From positions 14,374 through 78,373 of the forward strand of contig JAZSJZ010000006.1 in the NCBI GenBank assembly GCA_045534575.1: a DNA stretch of 64,000 nucleotides, given 5' to 3'. A program made the translations under genes and the position numbers. Below the pieces are notes generated by a model. It had not been told where the DNA came from. It saw nothing but the letters and a program-made list of their open reading frames with translations, and searched no databases. Positions 17,233-27,248 of this stretch are shown here, piece after piece. Each line of letters begins with the position of its first letter. The first letter of the stretch is position 1. This stretch comes from Christensenellaceae bacterium. GTDB lineage: Bacteria; Bacillota; Clostridia; Christensenellales; Borkfalkiaceae.

Positions 17233-18792
17233 ATGAGTAAGAATACTACGTCTAAAGGTTTAATGTGGAGAACTATCGAGGGTATTGGCTCGCAAGGAAT
17301 GCAATTTTTCGTGCAATTATTTCTTGCGAGATTATTGCTTCCAGAAGATTTTGGTGTAATAGCGATATTAAACGTATTTATCAATATAGCAAATACTTTT
17401 GTTAACAGCGGATTAACTTCCGGTTTGTTGCAGAAGAAAGATTCAACTAAATTAGATTTCTCTACTGTTTTTTACGTTGAATTTTTGGTTGCGATTGTAA
17501 TGTATATTGCAATTTATTTTCTTGCACCGTTTGTTTCTACTTTTTATGAAAATCCTAAATTAACAAGTTATCTTCGAGTGTTTGCATTAACGATAATTTT
17601 AGGATCATTAGGCTCAATTCAAACCGCTACGTTAAGGTATAAACTAGATTTTAAATCAAGTTGCATTGCAAACTTAATTGCTATTTTAATGCAGGGAATT
17701 TCGGGTGTCTTTTTTGCATTACATAATTTTGGTGTTTGGAGCTTAATACTCTCTCAAATAGTATATAGACTTACAGCCTTCTTGTTTTTGTTGATTTTTG
17801 CAAGATGGATACCAATGTTAAGGTTTTCTTTCCAAAGTTTTAAGAGATTGTTTGCGTATAGTTGGAAATTGTTTGTTGGTTGGTTAATTGGAACTATTTA
17901 CGTTGATTTATTTTCGCTTATAATTGGAAGAGTTTACGATGATAAAACTTTAGGTTTTTATTCAAAGGGGAATAGTATTCCTAGTGCGATCAATAGAGTA
18001 GTTACTCAAACGACAACCGCCGTTATGTTTCCGGCTATTGCAAAATCTCAAGATAATTTCAATAAAGTAAAATATCAAACAAGAACAATGATTTCGTTGA
18101 CGGCGGCTCTCATTTTGCCGATTATGGCGGGTGTTGCTGCTGTTGCTGAACCTTTTGTAATGGTTGTTTTGACCTCTAAATGGGCTGGCGCAATACCTGT
18201 TATTCAAATTATTTGCATTTCTTCAGCTATAAACGTTGTGAACAATTCTAATATGCAATCGTTTAACGCAATAGGAAGATCGGATGTTTTTTTACGTTGT
18301 GAAATTATAAAAAGAAGTATAACGATTCTTTTAGTTTTTATTTTTGCCAATATAGATTTTAACTTGATGCTATTTTCAATGGTAATTATGGGAGTTTTTT
18401 CCCTTGTATTAAATAGTTTCTACAATAAAAAGTTGTTAAGTTATACTAGGAAAGAACAAGCAATTGATATTTTGCCATATTTCGTATATAGCATGCTATT
18501 CTTCTCGGTAATTTATTGTCTTAACTTCATACACGTTAATTATTTCGTTAAATTGTTGATACAGTTATTAGCTTGCGTAGTTATATATCTTGCCAGCGTA
18601 TTCTTTATAAAACTAAACGCTTTTGTTGCAATCAAACGCTTTGCGGTAAGTATTTTTAAGAATAAATCTAAAACAAATTATAATGATTCCCAAAACAATG
18701 AAGAAGCTATAGCTAAAGTTGAGGAAAGTAATCTTTTAGAAGAAAAGAAAAGTTATATTCCTTGTTCAAGCAAGGTTAAAAGAAAAGGTTAA
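17233..18792 (+). CDS. Wzx-like polysaccharide flippase (MOP superfamily)
   Basis: 519 aa, about 12-14 TM, typical polysaccharide biosynthesis protein N-terminus (QFFVQLFLARLLLPEDFGV); hydrophilic C-terminal tail. Confidence 0.8.
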   Translation: MSKNTTSKGLMWRTIEGIGSQGMQFFVQLFLARLLLPEDFGVIAILNVFINIANTFVNSGLTSGLLQKKDSTKLDFSTVFYVEFLVAIVMYIAIYFLAPFVSTFYENPKLTSYLRVFALTIILGSLGSIQTATLRYKLDFKSSCIANLIAILMQGISGVFFALHNFGVWSLILSQIVYRLTAFLFLLIFARWIPMLRFSFQSFKRLFAYSWKLFVGWLIGTIYVDLFSLIIGRVYDDKTLGFYSKGNSIPSAINRVVTQTTTAVMFPAIAKSQDNFNKVKYQTRTMISLTAALILPIMAGVAAVAEPFVMVVLTSKWAGAIPVIQIICISSAINVVNNSNMQSFNAIGRSDVFLRCEIIKRSITILLVFIFANIDFNLMLFSMVIMGVFSLVLNSFYNKKLLSYTRKEQAIDILPYFVYSMLFFSVIYCLNFIHVNYFVKLLIQLLACVVIYLASVFFIKLNAFVAIKRFAVSIFKNKSKTNYNDSQNNEEAIAKVEESNLLEEKKSYIPCSSKVKRKG

Positions 18793-18848
18793 AATAAAAG
18801 GCTTTAATTGATGTCAAGGATGAACAAAGAAAAACAAGGAGAAGAATA

Positions 18849-20126
18849 GTGTTTAAAGGGAAGAAATTGCTAGTATTAGGTGGCGCGTTTCAACACTGCA
18901 AGGTTGTTGAAGCAGCGAAAGAAATGGGCGTTAAGGTTTACGTTGCTGACTATTTAGAGGTTGAAAATTCACCTGCAAAGCGCATTGCAGACGTTAGTCT
19001 TTTAATTGATATTAAGGACGTAGACGGTATTGTTGAATATTGTAAGAAAGAGCAAATTGACGGCGTTATTGCCGTTTGTCTTGACGCTTGTCAAAGACCA
19101 TATCAAGCCGTTTGCGAAAAGTTAAATCTTCCTTGTTTTGGAACAAAAGAGCAATATCATCTTTTAACTGATAAAAACGCTTTTAAAGAATGCTGTATTA
19201 AACACGGAGTTGACGTAATTCCTCAGTATTCACTAGAAGATGTTGAAAAGGGCGTTGTTGAGTATCCGCTTTTAGTTAAGCCTTGTGATAGTCGCGGGTC
19301 GCGCGGTTCAATGGTCTGCTATGATAAGGAAGACGTTTATAAAGCCATTAAAGAGGCTGAGAAGGAAAGTTCCAACGGCGACGTTTTAATTGAAAAATAT
19401 ATGGGGAACAAAAAGGATATTTGTATAACGTATAGCGTTATCAACGGCGAGGTTTATTTAACTAGAGTGGGCGACAGAAGACTTGGTAGAATAGAAGATA
19501 AAATGGAAAGAGTTTCAATGATGGGAATGGCTCCTTCTAAATTTTCTAAAATGTATGCTGAAAAAGTTAGTCCTCGCGTTGAAAATATGTTAAAGAGCAT
19601 TGGGCTTTATAACGCGCCTGCGTTTATGCAAGGCTTTGTTGATGGAGATACCGTTAGATTTTACGATCCCGGATTAAGATATCCTGGCGCAGAATATGAA
19701 AGAATGTATGAAAAGGTTCATGGTGTGAGCCTTGTAAAACATCTTATAGAGTTTGCCTTAACTGGAGAAGTGCAAAGAGATTTTACGCTTCCTAAGGATG
19801 GCTACTTGCAAAAAGGCAAGGTTTCTCCTTATCTTTTAATTTCTATTAAGCCCGGTAAAATTGCAAAAATAATAGGGGAAGAAAAGGTAAAAGCCCACCC
19901 TGCCGTTGTTGCGATGTTTGCTAAATATAAGGTTGGCGACGTGGTTGCCGCAACCTATAACGTTAATCAACGCTATTGCGAAATAGACCTTCTTTGCGAA
20001 AACGTTGACGAGCTTAGCTCGGTTATTGATTGGATTTATGATACCCTTATCATTTTAGATGAAAACGGCGAAAATATGGTCTTTTCAAAAATAAATACAG
20101 AAGAATTCAGGAAGGAATATAATTAA
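18849..20126 (+). CDS. ATP-grasp domain ligase
   Basis: KKLLVLGGAFQHCKVVEAAKEMGVKVYVAD pre-ATP-grasp, LLVKPCDSRGSRGS, VLIEKYM motifs. Confidence 0.75.
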   Translation: MFKGKKLLVLGGAFQHCKVVEAAKEMGVKVYVADYLEVENSPAKRIADVSLLIDIKDVDGIVEYCKKEQIDGVIAVCLDACQRPYQAVCEKLNLPCFGTKEQYHLLTDKNAFKECCIKHGVDVIPQYSLEDVEKGVVEYPLLVKPCDSRGSRGSMVCYDKEDVYKAIKEAEKESSNGDVLIEKYMGNKKDICITYSVINGEVYLTRVGDRRLGRIEDKMERVSMMGMAPSKFSKMYAEKVSPRVENMLKSIGLYNAPAFMQGFVDGDTVRFYDPGLRYPGAEYERMYEKVHGVSLVKHLIEFALTGEVQRDFTLPKDGYLQKGKVSPYLLISIKPGKIAKIIGEEKVKAHPAVVAMFAKYKVGDVVAATYNVNQRYCEIDLLCENVDELSSVIDWIYDTLIILDENGENMVFSKINTEEFRKEYN

Positions 20127-21403
20127 TGGATCCAGCAATTATTAGTTTAATTATTTTGGTCGTAACAATAGTGTTGTTTATCGTTCGCGTTATTCCTAAC
20201 GCTGCAACTGCATGCCTATCGTGTGTGTTGTTCGTGTTGTTCGGTATTTGTTCGGTGGCGGATGCTTTCTCGGGCTTTTCAAACACAATCGTAATTTTAG
20301 TGTTCGGTATGATGGTTGTTGGAACGGCTATGCAAGAAACGGGAATTGCAAAGCTTATTGGAGAAAAAGTAACCAAGATATCTAGAGAAAATGAGAAATT
20401 ATTTATTCTCTTTGCTGGCTTAACCTCAGCAATTTTATCAACTTTTTTATCAAACACCTCGGTTATTGCTATTTTCTTGCCTATTATTGCAAGCGTATCG
20501 CAAGCAAACCCGAATATGAAGAGATTAAATTTAACTCTCCCCGTTACAATGGGCGCAATGTTTGGTGGCGTTTGCACGCTCGTTGGATCAACTCCACAGC
20601 TTACCGCAAACGGCATTTTAAAGGAGTGGTTTAGCGTTGAGCTTGGAATGTTTGATTATACACTACCTGGCATAATTATTTGCGCAGTTTATATTCTCTA
20701 TACCGTTTTCATTGGTCATAAGCTTGGCAACAAGATTTGGGGCGATAGAGTGATGGATAGCGAAATGGTGGTTAAAGAAGCTGACGGACCTCAAGAGTAT
20801 AATAAAACAAAAATGATTATAATGGGCGTAATTTTTGCGCTTACTATCGTATCCTTCATAGGCGCTTGGATAACTACCGAAATGACCGCCGCAATCGCTG
20901 CGCTTTTATGTATAATTACGGGTTGCGTGAAGCAAAAGAGCGTTATCAAAAAGACTGATTGGTCTGTTATCTTCATCCTTGCAGGATGCTTGGGCATTGC
21001 AAAAGGTTTAGCAAAAGGTGGCGTAGGTGATTTGTTAGGTAACGCTGTTAGCGTTGTTTTACATAATGGAATTCCTCCAATTATCATTTTTGCAGTTTTC
21101 GTTCTTGCAACAATGATTGTTAGCAACTTTATTACTAATTCTACTGCCGTTGTAATTTTCTTGCCGGTTGCATTGTCGCTTTGCGGTGCTTTAAATTTAA
21201 ACCCGCTAGCGTTTACTTTAGGAATAGTTTTTGCTGCAAACTTAACTTTCTCAACTCCTCTTGCAAATGCGCAAACCGGTATGACCCTCGTTGCTGGCTA
21301 CAAGTTCTCTGACTATATTAAATATACGTGGCCACTTGCGCTTTTAACGTTTGTAACAATTTTAATCGTTGTTCCACTTTTTTATCCGTTAACGGTGGCA
21401 TAA
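20126..21403 (+). CDS. SLC13/DASS-family anion (di/tricarboxylate-type) permease
   Basis: 425 aa polytopic protein with the two-repeat architecture typical of CitT/ArsB-NhaD superfamily permeases; ATG overlaps the ATP-grasp stop (TAATG). Confidence 0.65.
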   Translation: MDPAIISLIILVVTIVLFIVRVIPNAATACLSCVLFVLFGICSVADAFSGFSNTIVILVFGMMVVGTAMQETGIAKLIGEKVTKISRENEKLFILFAGLTSAILSTFLSNTSVIAIFLPIIASVSQANPNMKRLNLTLPVTMGAMFGGVCTLVGSTPQLTANGILKEWFSVELGMFDYTLPGIIICAVYILYTVFIGHKLGNKIWGDRVMDSEMVVKEADGPQEYNKTKMIIMGVIFALTIVSFIGAWITTEMTAAIAALLCIITGCVKQKSVIKKTDWSVIFILAGCLGIAKGLAKGGVGDLLGNAVSVVLHNGIPPIIIFAVFVLATMIVSNFITNSTAVVIFLPVALSLCGALNLNPLAFTLGIVFAANLTFSTPLANAQTGMTLVAGYKFSDYIKYTWPLALLTFVTILIVVPLFYPLTVA

Positions 21404-21418
21404 AAGGGTAGGTTAAAT

Positions 21419-22510
21419 ATGAAAATTAATGTAACACAATCGTCAATGCCGACTTATGAAGAGTATTGCGAAGAGATAAAATCTATTTGGGAAACCGTTC
21501 ATTTAACGAATATGGGTCCTATTCACAACAAGCTTAAAGTCCAAATTAAAGACTACTTAAAGGTTGATAACGTTGAACTTTTTGTTAACGGGCATTTGGG
21601 GCTATACGTTGCAATTAAGGCTTTAGGCTTAAAGGGCGAAATTATAACAACGCCTTTCACTTTTGCTTCAACGACCAACGCTATTATGCAAGCAAATTGC
21701 ACTCCCGTTTATTGCGACGTAAAAGAAGATTACACTATCGATGAAGATAAAATCGAAGCGTTAATAACTGAAAAAACCGTTGCCATTATGGGCGTTCACG
21801 TTTACGGAAATATTTGCAACGTTGATAAAATTCAAAAAATAGCAGACAAGCACGGTCTAAAAGTTATTTACGACGCCGCTCACGTTTTCGGCGTGGAATA
21901 TAACGGGAAAGGCATCGGTTCTTATGGCGACGTTTCGATGTTCAGTTTCCACGCTACTAAGGTTTTTCACACCATTGAAGGCGGTTGCTTAACTTTTAAA
22001 GACGAAAATCTTGCAAAGAAAATTGCTCTAGAGCGCAACTTTGGCGTAAACGGCGACGAACTTACGGTTTTTGGAACTAACGCAAAGATGAACGAATTCC
22101 AAGCCGCAATGGGAATTTGCAATCTTCGCCATATAGACGATGAACTTGCTTTAAGAAAAGCCGTTTTCGAAAGATATAATGAAAATTTGAAGTCCGTTGC
22201 AGGCATTAAACTTTTGCCAAGCCAAAACGTTAAGAGAAATTACGCTTACTATCCAATTTTAATTGACGAAAAACTTTTCGGGCTATCTAGAGATGAACTT
22301 AGTCAAAAACTTTTTGAAAAGGGAATATTTGCTCGTAAATATTTTTATCCGCTAGTGTCGGAAAATAAGGAATTTGGCAAAGATTTATCACACACTACGC
22401 CTATCGCAAAAGAATTTTCACGAAACGTTGTTTGTTTACCGCTTTACGCGCATTTAGCTCTTAGCGACGTTGATATGATTTGCGAAATCATAAAAGGACT
22501 TAAAGCGTAA
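21419..22510 (+). CDS. DegT/DnrJ/EryC1/StrS-family sugar aminotransferase
   Basis: 363 aa, PLP lysine context MFSFHATKVFHTIEGG, typical N-terminus. Confidence 0.85.
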   Translation: MKINVTQSSMPTYEEYCEEIKSIWETVHLTNMGPIHNKLKVQIKDYLKVDNVELFVNGHLGLYVAIKALGLKGEIITTPFTFASTTNAIMQANCTPVYCDVKEDYTIDEDKIEALITEKTVAIMGVHVYGNICNVDKIQKIADKHGLKVIYDAAHVFGVEYNGKGIGSYGDVSMFSFHATKVFHTIEGGCLTFKDENLAKKIALERNFGVNGDELTVFGTNAKMNEFQAAMGICNLRHIDDELALRKAVFERYNENLKSVAGIKLLPSQNVKRNYAYYPILIDEKLFGLSRDELSQKLFEKGIFARKYFYPLVSENKEFGKDLSHTTPIAKEFSRNVVCLPLYAHLALSDVDMICEIIKGLKA

Positions 22511-22569
22511 AAGGAAAAAGGTATAATTGTTGCTGAATTTTATAACATTGACGAAATTATTTGGAGTAA

Positions 22570-23745
22570 TTGATAATTTATAGTATGGAAAATATTCAAG
22601 GCGTTCAACAGAAAAAAGATAGAAATTATTCGTTAGATCTTTTAAGGATTTTATGCATGATTGCTATCGTTGTTATACATATTCTAAGTCATGGAGGACT
22701 AAGTGAGAAATTTTTGGCGACAAGCATAGGAGATGTGTTTTATGGTTTACTAAACTCCATTTGTGCTTGCGCCGTTAATGTATTCGTTTTAATAAGCGGG
22801 TATTTTATGGCGGTTGGTAAATTTAACATAAAAAGGTTAATATCAACGGTTCTATCGGTTTGGTTCTATTCTTGGCTTTTTATAGCAATAGTTAAAATAA
22901 CTAATTTTAAATCTACAACTTTTGAAGAGTTACTAAAAGGTTTTTTGCCTATTTCATTCAAGCAATATTGGTTTGCAACATGCTATATTTGTTTGTATCT
23001 TGTTTCACCATTTTTGAATAAGTTAATGAACGCCTTAGATAAAAAGTTGCATTTTGTTCTTATCGTTTTGCTTTTTATAATTTTTTCAGTTTGGCACGAC
23101 TTAGTGCCGTTATCCGACCCGATGGGGTTGTCAAACGGCTATAGTTTCGTCTGGTTTATATTTCTTTATCTTTTAGCTGGCTTTATTCGACTTTACGGCT
23201 ACACTTTTAAGGAAAGAAAAAAGTTTACGTATATTTTAACTTTTTTTGTTGCTGTTGCTATTATGATGGTTGCTCGCTATGTTATGCGCTTTATAGGAGG
23301 CAAAATAGCGGAAATTGGTTCAAGAGAGCTTGTTGGGCATTTCTCAAGATATTGCTCGATTTTAACCGTGATTTCGAGCATATCAATTTTTATGCTCTTT
23401 AAGACGATAAATATTAAAGGTAAGTTCAGCTCAAAAATTATCGGCTTTATCGCACCACTTACCTTTGGCGTTTATCTTATTCATGATAATTCAAACATAA
23501 AAGGTTATATTTTTAATAATTTAATTCATACTCAAAATTTTCCTACTTCAATTCTTTTATTTGTTTATTTTACGTTTGCAGTTTTTGCGGTATTTTTCGC
23601 TTGCTGTCTTATTGAATTTGTTAGAAAAATATTGTTTAATTTCTTAGAAAAATCTAAAATTTATAATAAGTTGACAGACAAACTTCAATCAAAAATTGAT
23701 GGTTTATTAACTAAGGAACAAGAAAAAGGAGAAACACAACAATGA
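22570..23745 (+). CDS. acyltransferase-3 family membrane O-acyltransferase
   Basis: [24 protein letters not shown] signature, about 10 TM. Confidence 0.75.
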   Translation: MIIYSMENIQGVQQKKDRNYSLDLLRILCMIAIVVIHILSHGGLSEKFLATSIGDVFYGLLNSICACAVNVFVLISGYFMAVGKFNIKRLISTVLSVWFYSWLFIAIVKITNFKSTTFEELLKGFLPISFKQYWFATCYICLYLVSPFLNKLMNALDKKLHFVLIVLLFIIFSVWHDLVPLSDPMGLSNGYSFVWFIFLYLLAGFIRLYGYTFKERKKFTYILTFFVAVAIMMVARYVMRFIGGKIAEIGSRELVGHFSRYCSILTVISSISIFMLFKTINIKGKFSSKIIGFIAPLTFGVYLIHDNSNIKGYIFNNLIHTQNFPTSILLFVYFTFAVFAVFFACCLIEFVRKILFNFLEKSKIYNKLTDKLQSKIDGLLTKEQEKGETQQ

Positions 23746-24611
23746 AAGGTATAATTTTAGCCGGAGGAAAAGGAACTAGGCTTTATCCTATGACAAAAGC
23801 AGTTTCAAAACAGCTTCTTCCTATCTATGATAAGCCACTAATTTACTATCCGTTATCAATTTTAATGCTTGCGGGTATTAGAGAGGTTTTGCTTATTTCA
23901 ACTCCCGAAGCAATCGGCTCTTACGAGGAACTACTTGGCAATGGTAGCGATATTGGTATTTCAATTGAATATTGTGTTCAAGACAAACCACGCGGTCTTG
24001 CTGATGCGTTTATTTTAGGTGAAAAGTTCATTGGCGACGATAGCGTTTGCTTAATTTTGGGCGATAACGTTTTCTACGGTCAAGATATGACTAAATGTTT
24101 AAAAAAGGCTATGGAAAACAAGGTTGGCGCAACGATTTTCGGCTATCCTGTAAACAATCCAAAAGATTTTGGCGTTGTTGAGTTTGACGATAAGCGCAAC
24201 GTTATTTCCATTGAAGAAAAGCCTGCAAAACCAAAGAGCAATTATGCTGTTCCGGGGCTATATTTTTACGATAACAAAGTTGTTGAGATTGCTAAAAACG
24301 TTAAGCCTTCGGCTCGTGGAGAAATTGAAATTACCGCAATCAATAATACTTATCTTGAAATGGGCGAACTTAAAGTTACGCTTTTAGGTCGTGGTATGGC
24401 GTGGCTCGATACGGGAACACCGCTTGGAATGTATAAAGCGAGCGGATTTGTTAAAACCGTTCAAGAAATGCAAGGCTTTTACGTATCTTGTATTGAAGAA
24501 ATTGCTTGGCGCAGAGGCTTTATCACAACCGAGCAACTTTTAAAACTTGGCGAAAACTTAAAGCAAACGGAATACGGTCAATACCTTATTTCTTTAGCAA
24601 AAGGAGAATAA
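23742..24611 (+). CDS. rfbA: glucose-1-phosphate thymidylyltransferase
   Basis: [36 protein letters not shown], strongly conserved RmlA sequence. Confidence 0.95.
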   Translation: MKGIILAGGKGTRLYPMTKAVSKQLLPIYDKPLIYYPLSILMLAGIREVLLISTPEAIGSYEELLGNGSDIGISIEYCVQDKPRGLADAFILGEKFIGDDSVCLILGDNVFYGQDMTKCLKKAMENKVGATIFGYPVNNPKDFGVVEFDDKRNVISIEEKPAKPKSNYAVPGLYFYDNKVVEIAKNVKPSARGEIEITAINNTYLEMGELKVTLLGRGMAWLDTGTPLGMYKASGFVKTVQEMQGFYVSCIEEIAWRRGFITTEQLLKLGENLKQTEYGQYLISLAKGE

Positions 24612-24617
24612 TACATA

Positions 24618-25640
24618 ATGAAAACAGTTTTAGTTACGGGTGGTGCGGGGTTTATCGGCGCAAACTTTGTTTATCATATGCTTGATAAGCATAAAGATTA
24701 TAAAATTATTTGTGTTGACTGTTTAACTTATGCGGGCAATATGTCCACGCTAGAAGAGGCGCTCAAAAACCCAAACTTCAAGTTCTATAAAACCAATATT
24801 TGCGATAGAGTGGGCATTTACAAAATTTTCGAAACCGAAAAACCAGATATCGTTGTGAATTTTGCGGCGGAAAGCCACGTTGATAGGTCTATTGAAAACC
24901 CTGAAGTGTTCCTTCAAACAAACATTTTAGGAACGCAAGTTATGATGGATGCGTGCAGAGTTTACGGCATTGAACGTTATCACCAAGTTTCAACCGACGA
25001 AGTTTACGGCGACCTTCCTCTCGATAGGCCTGACCTTTTCTTCACTGAAGAAACGCCGATACATACTTCTAGCCCTTATAGTAGTTCAAAGGCGGGCGCT
25101 GACCTTCTAGTTTTAGCGTATCACAGAACTTTTGGGCTTCCAGTTACAATTAGCCGTTGTTCTAATAACTATGGACCTTATCACTTCCCTGAAAAACTTA
25201 TTCCTTTAATGATTGCAAACGCGCTAAACGATAAACCGCTCCCTGTTTACGGCGAGGGCATTAACGTTCGCGATTGGCTCTACGTAGAAGACCACTGCAA
25301 GGCAATCGATCTTATTATTCACAAAGGAAGAGTTGGTGAGGTTTATAATATCGGCGGGCATAACGAAATGCGAAATATCGATATCGTTAAACTTATCTGC
25401 AAGGAACTTGGCAAGAGTGAAGATTTAATCACATACGTTACCGATAGAAAGGGCCACGATATGCGCTATGCAATAGACCCAACTAAGATTCACACAGAAC
25501 TTGGCTGGCTTCCAGAAACAAAGTTCGCCGATGGTATTAAGAAAACTATTAAGTGGTATCTTGAAAACCGCAAGTGGTGGGGAGATATCATTAGTGGCGA
25601 ATACCAAAAATATTACGAAAAAATGTATGGTAAAAGATAA
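24618..25640 (+). CDS. rfbB: dTDP-glucose 4,6-dehydratase
   Basis: VTGGAGFIGANF, SPYSSSKAGADLL (YxxxK), HQVSTDEVYGDL. Confidence 0.95.
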   Translation: MKTVLVTGGAGFIGANFVYHMLDKHKDYKIICVDCLTYAGNMSTLEEALKNPNFKFYKTNICDRVGIYKIFETEKPDIVVNFAAESHVDRSIENPEVFLQTNILGTQVMMDACRVYGIERYHQVSTDEVYGDLPLDRPDLFFTEETPIHTSSPYSSSKAGADLLVLAYHRTFGLPVTISRCSNNYGPYHFPEKLIPLMIANALNDKPLPVYGEGINVRDWLYVEDHCKAIDLIIHKGRVGEVYNIGGHNEMRNIDIVKLICKELGKSEDLITYVTDRKGHDMRYAIDPTKIHTELGWLPETKFADGIKKTIKWYLENRKWWGDIISGEYQKYYEKMYGKR

Positions 25641-25701
25641 TTAAAAATGGTGGGGTGTGTTATTTGCGCCTCATCTTTTTTAAAGAAGTGCGCAAAAAGT
25701 G

Positions 25702-25719
25702 CGTTAATCGAGTTATTGG
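25702..25719 (+). repeat. probable degenerate intergenic repeat copy (CGTTAATCGAGTTATTGG)
   Basis: 15/18 match to subtype-2 core CGATAATCGACTTATAGG, preceded by GCGCAAAAAGTG as in copy d; downstream of the rfbB stop. Confidence 0.45.
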
Positions 25720-25766
25720 CGTGCTATTTTCAAAATAATAGTTATTTAATTAGTTTTTAAAAAGCC

Positions 25767-25795
25767 TTGCAAGTTATTGTTAATTATGGTAAAAT
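25767..25795 (+). promoter_or_regulatory. sigma-A-type promoter for the KdsC-like gene
   Basis: TTGCAA, 17 nt spacer, extended -10 TGGTAAAAT. Confidence 0.5.
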
Positions 25796-25817
25796 ATTTA
25801 AAACAAAAGGTGATATT

Positions 25818-26300
25818 ATGATTAAATATTTAGTTATGGACGTTGACGGCACGCTGACCGATGGTAAAATTTATATGGGCATAGACGGCGAAGTTTTAAA
25901 GACTTTCAGCGTTAAAGACGGCTTAGGCATTAAAGACCTTTTAATTCCAACTGGGGTTGTTCCAATTATTATTACGGGAAGGCAGTCGCAAATTCTTCTT
26001 AATAGGTGCAAGGAATTAACCATTACTGAAGTGCATCAAAAGGTTAGCGATAAGGTTTCTCTCTTAGAAAAAATCGTTGAAAAAAGGGGCGCAAAGCTTT
26101 GTGAATTTGCTTACGTTGGCGACGATTTGAACGACCTTCTTTGTATGAAAAAAATAAAAGAAGGCGGTGGGCTTATCGGTTGCCCGAGTGATTCTTGCAA
26201 AGAGGTTATCGCTCTTGCCGATTTTGTTAGTTCAAGAGTTGGTGGAAACGGCGCAGTTAGAGAATTTATTGATTATATTTTAGAACTTAATAAAAAATAG
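25818..26300 (+). CDS. KdsC-family HAD-IIIA phosphatase (ulosonate-phosphate phosphatase-like)
   Basis: LVMDVDGTLTDGKIYM, ITGR, YVGDDLNDL motifs. Start moved to ATG 25818 (AAGGTGA RBS) because the promoter lies inside the track ORF extension. Confidence 0.75.
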   Translation: MIKYLVMDVDGTLTDGKIYMGIDGEVLKTFSVKDGLGIKDLLIPTGVVPIIITGRQSQILLNRCKELTITEVHQKVSDKVSLLEKIVEKRGAKLCEFAYVGDDLNDLLCMKKIKEGGGLIGCPSDSCKEVIALADFVSSRVGGNGAVREFIDYILELNKK

Positions 26301-26311
26301 CGTTAAAAAAT

Positions 26312-26347
26312 GCGTAGCGATAAGATTATCGCTACGCAAAATTTTTT
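26312..26347 (+). terminator. intrinsic terminator ending the glycan locus
   Basis: GCGTAGCGATAA-GA-TTATCGCTACGC 12-bp perfect stem, then AAAATTTTTT. Confidence 0.7.
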
Positions 26348-26401
26348 GAACAAGTTTATTTTCTTGAAGTGCCTCTTTTAATAAGTCAAAGTAAAAAAGG
26401 C

Positions 26402-26419
26402 TGATAATGGGCTTATAGG
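26402..26419 (+). repeat. intergenic repeat copy e (TGATAATGGGCTTATAGG plus CTTACTTTTT tail)
   Basis: The tail runs up to the stop codon of the minus-strand DUF2726 gene. Confidence 0.8.
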
Positions 26420-26427
26420 CTTACTTT

Positions 26428-27024
26428 TTATAAATATTTTTTAATGGTTTTATAAATTTTTTCGCTATCAATTCCGTCTTTTACCCAAAAAGTTACAAGC
26501 GGAATTTTTGCCTTTTTGCAAATTTCTTGCACCTTTAAATCTCGCTCTTGTCTATCTTTCCTAAAATGCGTGTTATCGTTAATTTCAATTAAAACGAGCG
26601 GGCGATAGTTAAAATCAAAAATGCCAAAATCAACGTTTCTAAAAAGTTCGTTCCTAAAGCCCTCGCCCTGCTTATCGATAATAGAAGCAAGGTTGACTTG
26701 CGGTAAAATGATATAATCATTGCCAAAATATGCTTGCAAAACAAAAAGATATTCTCGCTCGCTAGCCGTAATTAAGCTATCTTTTAGCGAATACGAAGCG
26801 ACCTTCTTCTTATCTTTTAACTTGACAAAGATTATTATAATCGCCGTGATAATTATGCAAAAAGCGATAGCAATTATTTGTGGCGTTGTTAAAGTTAATA
26901 AGTTATTCATAATTGAATTATAACATTTTAGATTAGCAAAAAGCAATAAATTCATTAAAAATAACCAAAAACGAGCAAAAATTCTTAAAAAATATTTTTT
27001 AGTTATGTGCCAAAAATAGCGCAT
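26428..27024 (-). CDS. membrane-anchored DUF2726-like (PD-(D/E)xK nuclease-fold) protein
   Basis: TM helix (IIAIAFCIIITAIIIIFV), then SEREYLFVL...LPQVNL...VDFGIFD...LVLIEINDNTH...RDLKV...IPLVTF, the DUF2726 pattern. The true start may be the internal MNNLLTL. Confidence 0.6.
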   Translation of the reverse strand: MRYFWHITKKYFLRIFARFWLFLMNLLLFANLKCYNSIMNNLLTLTTPQIIAIAFCIIITAIIIIFVKLKDKKKVASYSLKDSLITASEREYLFVLQAYFGNDYIILPQVNLASIIDKQGEGFRNELFRNVDFGIFDFNYRPLVLIEINDNTHFRKDRQERDLKVQEICKKAKIPLVTFWVKDGIDSEKIYKTIKKYL

Positions 27025-27039
27025 ATGTTTAAAAACGGG

Positions 27040-27057
27040 GCTATAAGCCCATATTTT
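27040..27057 (-). repeat. degenerate intergenic repeat copy f (GCTATAAGCCCATATTTT)
   Basis: Retains CTATAAGCCCA (reverse complement of TGGGCTTATAG); inverted relative to copy e on the other side of the DUF2726 gene. Confidence 0.5.
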
Positions 27058-27248
27058 TGGCTAAAAACAGGGCAAAAAAGGCAAATTTACGGCGCAAAAC
27101 TTCTAAAAACTAACCAAAAATCTAAAAAAAGCAATAAAAAACATCAAAAAATTTATTAAAAATTATTGAAAGATTGATATTATTATGATAATATAATATC
27201 AAGTAAATGAAAACGGCGCATTTTTTATGCGCGAATTTTGGAGATTCT

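Noticed and set aside
26312-26337. Terminator hairpin containing CGATAA-GA-TTATCG, reminiscent of the repeat core
   Set aside because: It shares only the CGATAA/TTATCG hexamers and lacks the GGGCTTATAG/CGACTTATAG core. It is counted as an ordinary terminator, not a family member.
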